IMG/VR virus record: IMGVR_UViG_3300037336_000025
Coordinates: 1 to 64,000 of that record
Source of the DNA: a virus
Strand: one strand, 5' to 3'
DNA length: 64,000 bases
The translations under genes were made by a program, and so were the position numbers. Each line of letters starts with the position of its first letter. Position 1 is the stretch's first letter. The notes below the pieces were generated by a model. It did not search any database and was not told the origin of the DNA. It worked only from the letters and a program-made list of their open reading frames with translations. This document shows positions 25,101 to 33,364 of this stretch, piece by piece.

Positions 25101-25817
25101 TTGACACAATTGAATTATAGAGAAGAAGACGGAAGACCGCTAAGCCAGGTCATTCGCGAAAGACTCAAGAACGGTAACAAACGATTCTGGGCTGGCGACA
25201 ACATTAGCGAGTACATCAGCGATGTTGAAAAAAATATGCTGATCACAGAAGCTGCTACCGCATTTGAAGGTGTGCTCGATGCCTTGCTGATTGATCGAGA
25301 AACAGATCCTAACTCAAAAGGTACGGCCAAGCGATTGGCCAAAATGTACTACAACGAAATAATGGAGGGTAGATATGTTCCAGCACCGGACGCAACGGCT
25401 TTTCCAAATGATTCAGCAGACCGTTACGAAGGTATGTTGGTTGTACGTAGTGAGTTGCGTAGCATGTGTTCACATCATCACCAGCCTGTTACTGGTGTTG
25501 CTTATATTGGTATCATCGCCGCCAACAAACTTATTGGTCTTAGCAAGTATACTCGCATTGCTCAGTGGTGCGCTCGCCGTGGCACTCTACAAGAAGAACT
25601 ATGTAATGACATTGCTCGAGAAATTAGTAAAGCTACTGATTCAGAAAACGTAGGTGTATATTTAAGAATGACTCATGGATGTTGTGAGAACCGAGGCATA
25701 ATGGCACACGATAGTTCAACAACTACTTCAGTGCTTAAAGGTGCGTTTAATAAAGATCCAGGCACAAAGAAAGAGTTCTTTGATACATTGAGTCTCCAAG
25801 AATCCAATAAGCGATAA
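25101..25817 (+). CDS. folE: GTP cyclohydrolase I
   Basis: TAKRLAKMY, RSMCSHHHQP, GLSKYTRIA, LQEEL and HGCCENRG; TTG start after GGAGA. Confidence 0.95.
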   Translation: MTQLNYREEDGRPLSQVIRERLKNGNKRFWAGDNISEYISDVEKNMLITEAATAFEGVLDALLIDRETDPNSKGTAKRLAKMYYNEIMEGRYVPAPDATAFPNDSADRYEGMLVVRSELRSMCSHHHQPVTGVAYIGIIAANKLIGLSKYTRIAQWCARRGTLQEELCNDIAREISKATDSENVGVYLRMTHGCCENRGIMAHDSSTTTSVLKGAFNKDPGTKKEFFDTLSLQESNKR

Positions 25818-25853
25818 GTGTATTGCTTCTTTAGTAAATATGGAGACACGTAA

Positions 25854-26330
25854 ATGAAATGGTTTCTCGATTTTTTAGATAGGCTGGGTCGTAAACGTAT
25901 AATTATGGATCGAGTGAGCAACGAACCGTTGTTAACCCGTTATTATCTTTTTCTAAAAGATCGAAAGCATTTTCCGTTTAATGTGTTTCTACACAAGTTC
26001 CATAAAGGTGATCCAGATGATGTTCACGATCATCCATGGTGTTATTTTACTTTAATTTTAAAAGGTGGCTATTATGAATGGATTCCAGAATTTAATCCAG
26101 ATGGTACAAAAAGTTGCGAGATTCGTAAGTGGCGTGGACCCGGTCATTTTCGCGTGTCTAGCCCTACTAGTTATCACCGCATTGAATTAAAAGAAGGAAT
26201 AACTCCTTGGACATTGTTTATGCCAGGTCCCCACAACCGAGAATGGGGATTTCTAGTAAATGATGAATGGATTCAAAATGAATATTATTTAAAAACTCGT
26301 AAAGAACAAAATGAACAAACTCATAATTAA
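25854..26330 (+). CDS. cupin-fold protein
   Basis: LHKF...DDVHDHPW.YFTLILKGGYYE...YHRI metal-binding cupin pattern. Confidence 0.65.
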   Translation: MKWFLDFLDRLGRKRIIMDRVSNEPLLTRYYLFLKDRKHFPFNVFLHKFHKGDPDDVHDHPWCYFTLILKGGYYEWIPEFNPDGTKSCEIRKWRGPGHFRVSSPTSYHRIELKEGITPWTLFMPGPHNREWGFLVNDEWIQNEYYLKTRKEQNEQTHN

Positions 26331-26808
26331 TGACAGAAAATTTAAAGGTTTAGTTTCTACTATCTGTAGAGAGATTGCCGCAGATAATTGGAAGCCGGAT
26401 TTCATTGTAGGACTTACAAGAGGCGGATTATTGCCTGCTGTAATGATCAGCCATTACTTAAACGTTCCCATGCAATCGTTAGATATCAGTTTGCGTGACG
26501 GCGGAGAGTGTACTAGCAATCTAGGCATGGCCGAAGATGCGTTTTACGGAAAGAACATTCTTGTTGTTGACGACATTAATGATCAAGGCAGTACACTAAA
26601 CTGGCTGATGAATGATTGGCCAAGTGGCTGTTTTCCAGATGACCCCCATTGGCAACAGGTATGGAGTAACAACGTAAGATTTGCTGTTGTTGTTGATAAC
26701 TTATCTAGCCAATGCAGCGTAGGTATGAACTACTGTGGTATGGAAGTTAACAAAGCCGAAAACGATGTGTGGATTGAATTTCCTTATGAAGAATGGTGGA
26801 CAAAATGA
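26311..26808 (+). CDS. type I phosphoribosyltransferase (Gpt/Hpt-like)
   Basis: IVGLTRGGLLPA, PRPP motif ILVVDDINDQGSTL, C-terminal WIEFPYE. Confidence 0.85.
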   Translation: MNKLIINDRKFKGLVSTICREIAADNWKPDFIVGLTRGGLLPAVMISHYLNVPMQSLDISLRDGGECTSNLGMAEDAFYGKNILVVDDINDQGSTLNWLMNDWPSGCFPDDPHWQQVWSNNVRFAVVVDNLSSQCSVGMNYCGMEVNKAENDVWIEFPYEEWWTK

Positions 26809-27047
26809 GTGTAATAACTAGGCACGGTAACACATGTACTGTTACTCAGGTTTCCAGTAAAAGAGAGATGGAGGCTGAAGTCATGCAGTGTAACGAGGGA
26901 CGTAACCTTACTGTGGTTATGAACAAGAGTGTTAAACTATTGATGAATTGGAATGGTAGTAAGTATGAAGGTCGCATGGCGGGCATGGACTTTGAAAGCG
27001 CAGGTCCTAAGATTAGTAAGACTAGTACTAATTTAAGAGGCCGATGA
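26805..27047 (+). CDS. hypothetical protein (80 aa)
   Basis: ATGA-coupled start at 26805. Confidence 0.65.
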   Translation: MSVITRHGNTCTVTQVSSKREMEAEVMQCNEGRNLTVVMNKSVKLLMNWNGSKYEGRMAGMDFESAGPKISKTSTNLRGR

Positions 27048-27238
27048 ATACTATACTCGTTCCTTGGGATAATCAAAATAGTCATTGGTGGAATGAAACC
27101 TGCGCGATGGTTTTAGAACAGTTTGGGCTTCCTGGTGATAAGTACACATCCCATCCTACAGAAAATTCAATGTCGTTTGAGTTCAATAACGAACAAGACG
27201 CATTACTTTGTAAAATATTATTAAGTGATAGAATATGA
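27044..27238 (+). CDS. hypothetical protein (64 aa)
   Basis: ATGA-coupled at both ends. Confidence 0.6.
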   Translation: MNTILVPWDNQNSHWWNETCAMVLEQFGLPGDKYTSHPTENSMSFEFNNEQDALLCKILLSDRI

Positions 27239-27399
27239 CACACTGGACAGTTACCCTAAAAGAAGATCCCGAGAATGGCGATCTTATTATGCCAATACCG
27301 CAAGATCTGTTAGATATGCAAAATTGGAAAGAAGGAGACACATTAGAATGGCTAGATCAAGGCAACGGTTCTTGGCAATTACAGAAAAAGAGTGTATAA
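27235..27399 (+). CDS. AbrB/SpoVT/MazE-like small DNA-binding protein (54 aa)
   Basis: Missing from the ORF track. MTHWTVTLKEDPENGDLIMPIPQDLLDMQNWKEGDTLEWLDQGNGSWQLQKKSV*, showing the G.L..P.P..L....W.EGD.LEW swapped-hairpin pattern; ATGA-coupled. Confidence 0.75.
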   Translation: MTHWTVTLKEDPENGDLIMPIPQDLLDMQNWKEGDTLEWLDQGNGSWQLQKKSV

Positions 27400-27405
27400 T
27401 AAACT

Positions 27406-28251
27406 ATGAGTAAAATTAAAATCGCAGAGCTGTTTTACAGCATTCAAGGTGAAGGACGTTATATGGGCGTCCCTTCTGTATTTCTACGCACATTTGGTTG
27501 CAACTTTACGTGTAGCGGATTTGGCATGCCTAGAGGTGAACTAAGCAAGGAAGCTGAAGAAATTTCAGTAGTTGCTCATATGTTTGCAAAATACGAGGAC
27601 TTGCCACTAGTTAGTACTGGCTGTGATAGCTACGCTAGCTGGATGCCAGAGTTCAAAACTCTTAGTCCGATGCTTACAAGCGAAGCAATTGTAGATCGTA
27701 TTATGGAAATTCTCCCGCAGGATCATTGGAAGGACGAACACTTGGTTATTACAGGCGGCGAGCCGCTACTGGGCTGGCAACGTGCTTATCCGGATTTGCT
27801 TAACAACACCAAGATGCGTGACTTGAAAGAGATTACTTTTGAAACAAACGGTACTCAAAAACTGACTCCGGAGTTTAAAGGTTTCTTGGCTAAGTGGAAT
27901 AGTGAAGTAGGTAAAGAACTTACATTCAGTGTAAGTGCTAAACTGCCATGCAGTGGTGAAAAGTGGGAAGACGCTATTAAGCCAGAAGTTGTTTGTGAGT
28001 ATGAAGAAGTTGGTACAGCATATTTGAAGTTTGTTATTGCTACAGAACAAGACTTTGCCGATGCCGAACGTGCAATTGCTGCATTCCGTGCAGCAGGGTT
28101 TAAAGGACATGTCTACTTAATGCCAGTCGGCGGTGTCGAAAGTGTATATGCTATGAACAATAAGAACGTAGCAGTGCTAGCTATGAAGAACGGTTTGCGA
28201 TACAGTGACCGACTGCAAGTGCCGCTGTTTAAAAATGAGTGGGGTACATAA
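27406..28251 (+). CDS. queE: 7-carboxy-7-deazaguanine synthase (radical SAM)
   Basis: ELFYSIQGEG...VFLRTFGCNFTC...GCDS, VITGGEPLL, ITFETNGT, SVSAK, LKFV and SDRLQV. Confidence 0.92.
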   Translation: MSKIKIAELFYSIQGEGRYMGVPSVFLRTFGCNFTCSGFGMPRGELSKEAEEISVVAHMFAKYEDLPLVSTGCDSYASWMPEFKTLSPMLTSEAIVDRIMEILPQDHWKDEHLVITGGEPLLGWQRAYPDLLNNTKMRDLKEITFETNGTQKLTPEFKGFLAKWNSEVGKELTFSVSAKLPCSGEKWEDAIKPEVVCEYEEVGTAYLKFVIATEQDFADAERAIAAFRAAGFKGHVYLMPVGGVESVYAMNNKNVAVLAMKNGLRYSDRLQVPLFKNEWGT

Positions 28252-28691
28252 TGAACAAGTGGGTTGAAAAATTGTTTGGCATTGATAAGATCAAAGCCGA
28301 AACTAAACGTGCTGTAGAAGATGCAGAACGTTCTATGCAAATTGCAAAAGAAGCAACAGAACAAGCAGTGCTTGCTAAAGAAGCAGAAGAAGTAGCGAAA
28401 CTTAGCGCAAAAGATAAAGCAACTCGTTTAAAAGAACCTTGGGTAGGTGTAATCGAAACACATGTAAACAAAGACAACATCCGTAATGGGTTTTTTGAGC
28501 TTGACTGGAACGAACAGTTTGTGTTAAAATTAAAGCAAGAAGGTTACGGGTTTGATGGCGACAAAGAAGAAGAGATTGTCGATCGTTGGTTCCGTGAACT
28601 ATGCGCAGGCGTAGTGATAGATGGTGATTTCGGCGGTGCAGTAAACACTGGTGTGATCGATATTAACACAGTTAAAAAGAACAACAAATGA
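28251..28691 (+). CDS. hypothetical protein (N-terminal coiled coil)
   Basis: Start probably ATG 28251, overlapping the queE stop. Confidence 0.7.
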   Translation: MNKWVEKLFGIDKIKAETKRAVEDAERSMQIAKEATEQAVLAKEAEEVAKLSAKDKATRLKEPWVGVIETHVNKDNIRNGFFELDWNEQFVLKLKQEGYGFDGDKEEEIVDRWFRELCAGVVIDGDFGGAVNTGVIDINTVKKNNK

Positions 28692-29674
28692 ATTACATTA
28701 TAGTTGATACAGCAAATACATTCTTCCGTGCTAGACACGTTATTAACGGCGACGCTGATATTAAGCTAGGCATGGCGTTTCATATCACTCTTAACAGCGT
28801 GAAGAAGGCGTGGCAAGACTTTAACGGCAGTCACGTTATCTTCTGTTTAGAAGGTCGCAGCTGGCGCAAAGATTACTACAAGCCTTATAAAGCTCAACGT
28901 GCAGCAGCTCGTGCCGCACATACCGAAAAAGAAGCAGACGAAGAAAAAATCTTCTGGGAAGCATTTGACACGTTTAAAGACTTTATCAAAGATAAGACTA
29001 ACTGTACAGTTATGCAACATCCTCGCCTAGAAGCAGATGATCTTATTGCTGGCTGGATACAGAGTCATCCTAACGACAATCACATCATTATTAGTACTGA
29101 CACTGACTTTGTACAATTAATTGCGCCTAATGTAAAACAGTACAACGGTGTAATGGAAACTACAATTACCCATGAAGGCGTATTTGACGCAAAAGGTAAA
29201 AGAGTCATTGACAAGAAAACACAACTACCTAAAGCAATCCCAGATCCAGAGTGGTTGTTGTTTGAAAAATGTATGCGTGGCGATACTAGCGATAATGTCT
29301 TCTCAGCATATCCCGGTGTACGCACTAAAGGCACAAGCAAAAAAGTAGGCCTTACTGAAGCGTTTGAAGATCGTAAAAGCAAAGGCTTTTCGTGGAACAA
29401 CCTAATGCTACAGAGATGGACTGACCACAACGGACTAGAACATCGAGTGCTAGAAGATTACGAACGCAATCGTCGACTCATCGACCTTGCACACCAGCCC
29501 GACGATATTAAATCTATTATGGTTGAGAATATTGCAGAAGCAACTAGTGCTAATAAAAACATTAGTCAAGTTGGTCTGCGACTTATGAAGTTTTGCGGAC
29601 TGTACGATCTAAAGAAGATTTCAGATCAAGCACAAGCATATGCTGAACCTTTAAATGCGAGATACACACTATGA
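28688..29674 (+). CDS. rnh: 5'-3' exonuclease / RNase H (T4 rnh, FEN family)
   Basis: IIVDTAN, EGRSWRKDYYKPYKAQR, LEADDLIA, ISTDTDFVQL, GDTSDNV and ERNRRLIDL. Confidence 0.9.
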   Translation: MNYIIVDTANTFFRARHVINGDADIKLGMAFHITLNSVKKAWQDFNGSHVIFCLEGRSWRKDYYKPYKAQRAAARAAHTEKEADEEKIFWEAFDTFKDFIKDKTNCTVMQHPRLEADDLIAGWIQSHPNDNHIIISTDTDFVQLIAPNVKQYNGVMETTITHEGVFDAKGKRVIDKKTQLPKAIPDPEWLLFEKCMRGDTSDNVFSAYPGVRTKGTSKKVGLTEAFEDRKSKGFSWNNLMLQRWTDHNGLEHRVLEDYERNRRLIDLAHQPDDIKSIMVENIAEATSANKNISQVGLRLMKFCGLYDLKKISDQAQAYAEPLNARYTL

Positions 29675-30150
29675 CAACAGAACTACATGCTAAACCGATC
29701 ATCGACAATAAATTTTGGATTGTTGAAAAAGGCGGAGAAAAGTTTGGAACACTTAGGATGAATGATGACAACCGGTTTGTTCTAAGCAATGAACTTGGAA
29801 TTAAAATTTACGATAACAAAGAAAGTCTAACTCGAGAGTTTGGCAAAGCGTTTTTTGTTGTTAAGATTATTAAAGAAGCAACAGATGCAGAACCAAATGA
29901 AGTCCACGGATATACAACTAGTGCCACTCCGCACAACTCAATGTTTGATATTCAAAGAAAGCTTCCACTCTTTACTAAGAGCGGAGATAGCAAGAGTTTG
30001 TACTGTGCTGGATACTATGTTATTAAATTTGAAAAAGGGTGGGTCAAGAGTCACTGTCCCAAACTTATTACATTACAACGCTATGAATATCAAGGTCCGT
30101 TTAAAACAGAAATTGAAATGAAGCAGGTACTAGCAAATGTCTCAAAGTAA
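29671..30150 (+). CDS. hypothetical protein (159 aa)
   Basis: Coupled ORF. Confidence 0.7.
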   Translation: MTTELHAKPIIDNKFWIVEKGGEKFGTLRMNDDNRFVLSNELGIKIYDNKESLTREFGKAFFVVKIIKEATDAEPNEVHGYTTSATPHNSMFDIQRKLPLFTKSGDSKSLYCAGYYVIKFEKGWVKSHCPKLITLQRYEYQGPFKTEIEMKQVLANVSK

Positions 30151-30388
30151 TCTTCCTACTAATCTACCTAGTGTAGAAAAGCTAATTCAGCGGGTAGTTG
30201 CTGCCGAACGTAGTCAACAAAAAGATATTCGTATCAGTATTCAAGAAGCTAGAGATCTAACAGCAGAATTAGCTATTATGACTAGCAAATTAGGCAAGAC
30301 TGTACAAGAAATACATGCTATGTTGTCTGTAATTAAGGAATCAACTACTAATATCGATGTTAAGTTCGACGGGGGCGGCTTTAATTGA
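30137..30388 (+). CDS. hypothetical protein (83 aa, coiled coil)
   Basis: Coupled ORF. Confidence 0.7.
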   Translation: MSQSNLPTNLPSVEKLIQRVVAAERSQQKDIRISIQEARDLTAELAIMTSKLGKTVQEIHAMLSVIKESTTNIDVKFDGGGFN

Positions 30389-30424
30389 TATAAATATATA
30401 CGTGGTTAACTAGGAACACGTATA
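30389..30424 (+). promoter_or_regulatory. late promoter TATAAATA followed by an RBS-enclosing hairpin
   Basis: Exact TATAAATA (30389-30396); stem TATACGTG (30397-30404) / CACGTATA (30417-30424) enclosing AGGA. Confidence 0.7.
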
Positions 30425-30426
30425 GT

Positions 30427-30711
30427 ATGAGCAGACCAAAGCCAAAAGTATTGTTAGAACATGCAAATAAAGAAAACTTTAAGATCGAACAGATTCTTAA
30501 TAGTGAAGCTATCTGGGCGGTTTTCTATAAAGGCCAACCTTTTAATCTAAAGAGTGGTAGTCTAGTTGCTAGCTACCCCGGCCCAAAATATAAGAAAGTA
30601 AGTTTTAGCAATCCTGGTCATGCGCATAATCTTGCTAAGAAACTAAATCGTCTTTTTAAAACTGAAGACTTTGAAGTATACAAATTAACCACTGGTGAAA
30701 AGGTAGAATAA
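30427..30711 (+). CDS. conserved hypothetical protein (94 aa)
   Basis: MSRPKPKVLLE...YPGPKYKKVSFSNPGHA; SD present. Confidence 0.75.
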   Translation: MSRPKPKVLLEHANKENFKIEQILNSEAIWAVFYKGQPFNLKSGSLVASYPGPKYKKVSFSNPGHAHNLAKKLNRLFKTEDFEVYKLTTGEKVE

Positions 30712-30712
30712 T

Positions 30713-31111
30713 ATGGACATCAAGGATACCTATACTAAGGTATTCTTAGAGGCTGCAGGACAACCAGCCGACTCGGATACGCTCAAACAATATCGCAGTC
30801 TGTGGTGGTGGAACGTTCGCGATAAGGACAAAGGCGGGCAACGTTTGAGTGAACACGCATTGACGTTTATCAACGATCATGCTAAAATTAAAACATATAA
30901 AGTAGACTTTCCTAAAGACTTTGCTATTACTCCTCAAGTACTAGTTTGGTTGGATAACTTTATTGAATCTCCCTATTTTATAACAAAAAAATATATCATT
31001 GTACTACGTGAACGTGCTGCATTCGAGCTTTATCTATTTTCTGGGGATATCCGTAAGATAGGATATAACAAGGCCCTAGCAAAAAGATTTAGCCAAGAAT
31101 CAGCAACCTAA
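30713..31111 (+). CDS. hypothetical protein (132 aa)
   Basis: Coupled ORF. Confidence 0.7.
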   Translation: MDIKDTYTKVFLEAAGQPADSDTLKQYRSLWWWNVRDKDKGGQRLSEHALTFINDHAKIKTYKVDFPKDFAITPQVLVWLDNFIESPYFITKKYIIVLRERAAFELYLFSGDIRKIGYNKALAKRFSQESAT

Positions 31112-31122
31112 CAACAATAATT

Positions 31123-31130
31123 TATAAATA
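31123..31130 (+). promoter_or_regulatory. late promoter TATAAATA
   Basis: Exact T4 consensus 8 nt before ATG 31139. Confidence 0.7.
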
Positions 31131-31138
31131 TTTTCACT

Positions 31139-31411
31139 ATGTTCAATCTCAACCCTATTGCTATTTTAAAACAACGTAGAGTAAGCACATTGCCTCCACA
31201 TTTTGCCAAAACAAAAATTGGAGAGATGGTACTATTTGATAATGAGTTAATTGATTGGGTTGATGCTAGACTGAAAGGACGATATTGTGTTGTTCGATCA
31301 CCTGCAATTGATAAAGACGGAAAATTAAAATCTGCCACGTTTGTGGCGTTTGAAGACCAAAAAGAACTAACATACTTTATGTTAGCCTGTCCACATTTAA
31401 GGAGAACCTAA
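31139..31411 (+). CDS. hypothetical protein (90 aa)
   Basis: ORF after a late promoter. Confidence 0.7.
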   Translation: MFNLNPIAILKQRRVSTLPPHFAKTKIGEMVLFDNELIDWVDARLKGRYCVVRSPAIDKDGKLKSATFVAFEDQKELTYFMLACPHLRRT

Positions 31412-31412
31412 T

Positions 31413-31637
31413 ATGACAGAAGAAGTTAAAGCAATCGAAGATGTTGCAGCACAGCCAGCTCAAGGAGCACAATCTAGTACTGATCTTAATATCAGCGATC
31501 TAGTTGCACTAAAGAGTATTATAGAAGTAGCAAGTCAGCGCGGGGCGTTTAAAGCAGCAGAGCTAGAAGCGGTAGGTAAAACTTTCAATAAGTTAAACAC
31601 ATTCTTAGAATCTGTAGCAAACAAAAAGGAGGCTTAA
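31413..31637 (+). CDS. hypothetical protein (74 aa)
   Basis: AAGGAG SD. Confidence 0.75.
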   Translation: MTEEVKAIEDVAAQPAQGAQSSTDLNISDLVALKSIIEVASQRGAFKAAELEAVGKTFNKLNTFLESVANKKEA

Positions 31638-31638
31638 T

Positions 31639-32283
31639 ATGCAGTCATTAAAACACATCGGTAAAATGAAAAACAGCGGTAATAAAGTTATTGTTGTTTT
31701 CCGTACATTGCCAGGCGAATCACATATGTCATTAGTGTTGCCTACAGCAACATTGCCAGATCAATATCATAATGCTATTATGGATCTAGTCGAAACTGAG
31801 CCTGCACAAGATTCATTTGAATTTGGTGAGCAGATGTTTATCAAGTATTTCCCAGACGGTAGACCAATGTTGCAGGCTATGCAAATTGATAATCGTATGC
31901 AGAAGGTTCCATCTGATTCAGTTATTATGACTCCAACTAATCAGCATAATATGCCGTTGGATCAATTAAATGTATTGATTGCAGAGCAAAAGAATTGCAC
32001 AATCGACGAGCTATGTAACTTCGTTAAGGGATCAACTCCATCAGTTAAGTTGCGAGAGCAACCGAAGAAAGAAGTTGTACCGGCAGTTGATACTGATATT
32101 CCTGCGCCGGTACGTGCTCAAGCTGTATCAAACGAAGCATTGTCTGATAAAGATATTGCTAAAAGTTATCGTAGTCAAGCAGATGCCATGTATAAAGAAG
32201 CAGCCAAACTACGTAAAGATGCAGACGAGTTAGATCCTCCGGCTAAAAAAACAACAAAGGCTAAAGAATCAGTAGATGCCTAG
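31639..32283 (+). CDS. hypothetical protein (214 aa)
   Basis: AGGAGG SD. Confidence 0.75.
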   Translation: MQSLKHIGKMKNSGNKVIVVFRTLPGESHMSLVLPTATLPDQYHNAIMDLVETEPAQDSFEFGEQMFIKYFPDGRPMLQAMQIDNRMQKVPSDSVIMTPTNQHNMPLDQLNVLIAEQKNCTIDELCNFVKGSTPSVKLREQPKKEVVPAVDTDIPAPVRAQAVSNEALSDKDIAKSYRSQADAMYKEAAKLRKDADELDPPAKKTTKAKESVDA

Positions 32284-32581
32284 TCGGCTGTTTAAACCTC
32301 CAAGACATCTGGTCAAAGAATGGCCAGAAGTCTTTGAGGATCTTTATATGAATACAGTGCCTATAGCTTATCTAGATGTAGTTCATCTGGAGTTTGCTAA
32401 CGGCAGAGTATGGGAAATTAATATTAAAGAACAGACTATTAATTTAGACCCAGATGCAATTGCTACTAGATTAGTAGAAACGCTTCGAGAGTATAAAGAC
32501 GAGATTGTGAAAATAGAGTTTAAGGTTGATATAGTTAGACTTAAAACCGACATTAATAAATCAACTAAAACTATTTTTTAA
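32276..32581 (+). CDS. hypothetical protein (101 aa), last gene of the + strand block
   Basis: Stop overlaps the convergent - strand stop at 32578-32580. Confidence 0.7.
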   Translation: MPSRLFKPPRHLVKEWPEVFEDLYMNTVPIAYLDVVHLEFANGRVWEINIKEQTINLDPDAIATRLVETLREYKDEIVKIEFKVDIVRLKTDINKSTKTIF

Positions 32582-33363
32582 TTAATATGGTTAGCAATTA
32601 ATTCAGCCATATGTCTAGCTGAATTTCTTCCAGGGTGTACTAAGTCTCTTGCTTGATTATCAATTTCAATCCATGCACTTTCTGTGTAGTGTGCTGTTTG
32701 GTCAAAAAAACTAGCAGAATAATACTTGCACCGATTTTTCCAAAGTTCTCTACTTGCAATAGATATGTAACTAGCTTCTGTCATTGAATGATAGATGTTA
32801 GTTGCATATTCTTTGTACATAGCAGTATCATCCCACGGTCCGGCGTGCTCTATTAGTTGTTCTTTAAAAATAGTAAATCTGTCTATATTTGTCCATAAGT
32901 TGACTACAGCATACGGAGTTGGAAAATTCTTAGATAGTAATGTTGAGTTTATAAAAGAAAATTGCATAGAAGATGCACTAGCGCCCATATTAACCACTGG
33001 TCTATTTAACATTTTAGACAATTGAGCAGTAACTGTTTCATCCTCGGCTAACCCTACTCCTAGTGTGCAAGAACATCCAAATACTACAACAGCATTTTGC
33101 CAGTCAATTAAATGCCACTCGTCTGCTCTATAACCATTAAGATTGCAAGCGTATGTTACTTCTTTTGATCGGTAATGCCAGTCATCTGGCTGAGTTTGTA
33201 AATTTTTCTCAAACAGGGCAGGCGAATCATACGAAGTAAACTTATTTGAATAAATTTGGTGCCCGGGTGTTGCATCGTCTGCGTAATTTAGTATTAAGGA
33301 TTTTAAAAATTTATAATCAGTTACATAATCAGGCAACGGGCTTGCATTTAGCAACTTATACAT
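32578..33363 (-). CDS. SGNH/GDSL-like hydrolase or acyltransferase
   Basis: VFGCSCTLGVG block I, NMGASASS block II, DLVHPG block V; start ATG 33363 (track TTG 33420). Confidence 0.6.
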   Translation of the reverse strand: MYKLLNASPLPDYVTDYKFLKSLILNYADDATPGHQIYSNKFTSYDSPALFEKNLQTQPDDWHYRSKEVTYACNLNGYRADEWHLIDWQNAVVVFGCSCTLGVGLAEDETVTAQLSKMLNRPVVNMGASASSMQFSFINSTLLSKNFPTPYAVVNLWTNIDRFTIFKEQLIEHAGPWDDTAMYKEYATNIYHSMTEASYISIASRELWKNRCKYYSASFFDQTAHYTESAWIEIDNQARDLVHPGRNSARHMAELIANHIN

Positions 33364-33364
33364 A

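Noticed and set aside
27225-27413. 62-aa ORF from the track (MIEYDTLDSYPKRR...)
   Set aside because: Arg-rich shadow frame; the overlapping ATGA-coupled frame 27235-27399 gives a recognisable AbrB-like protein.
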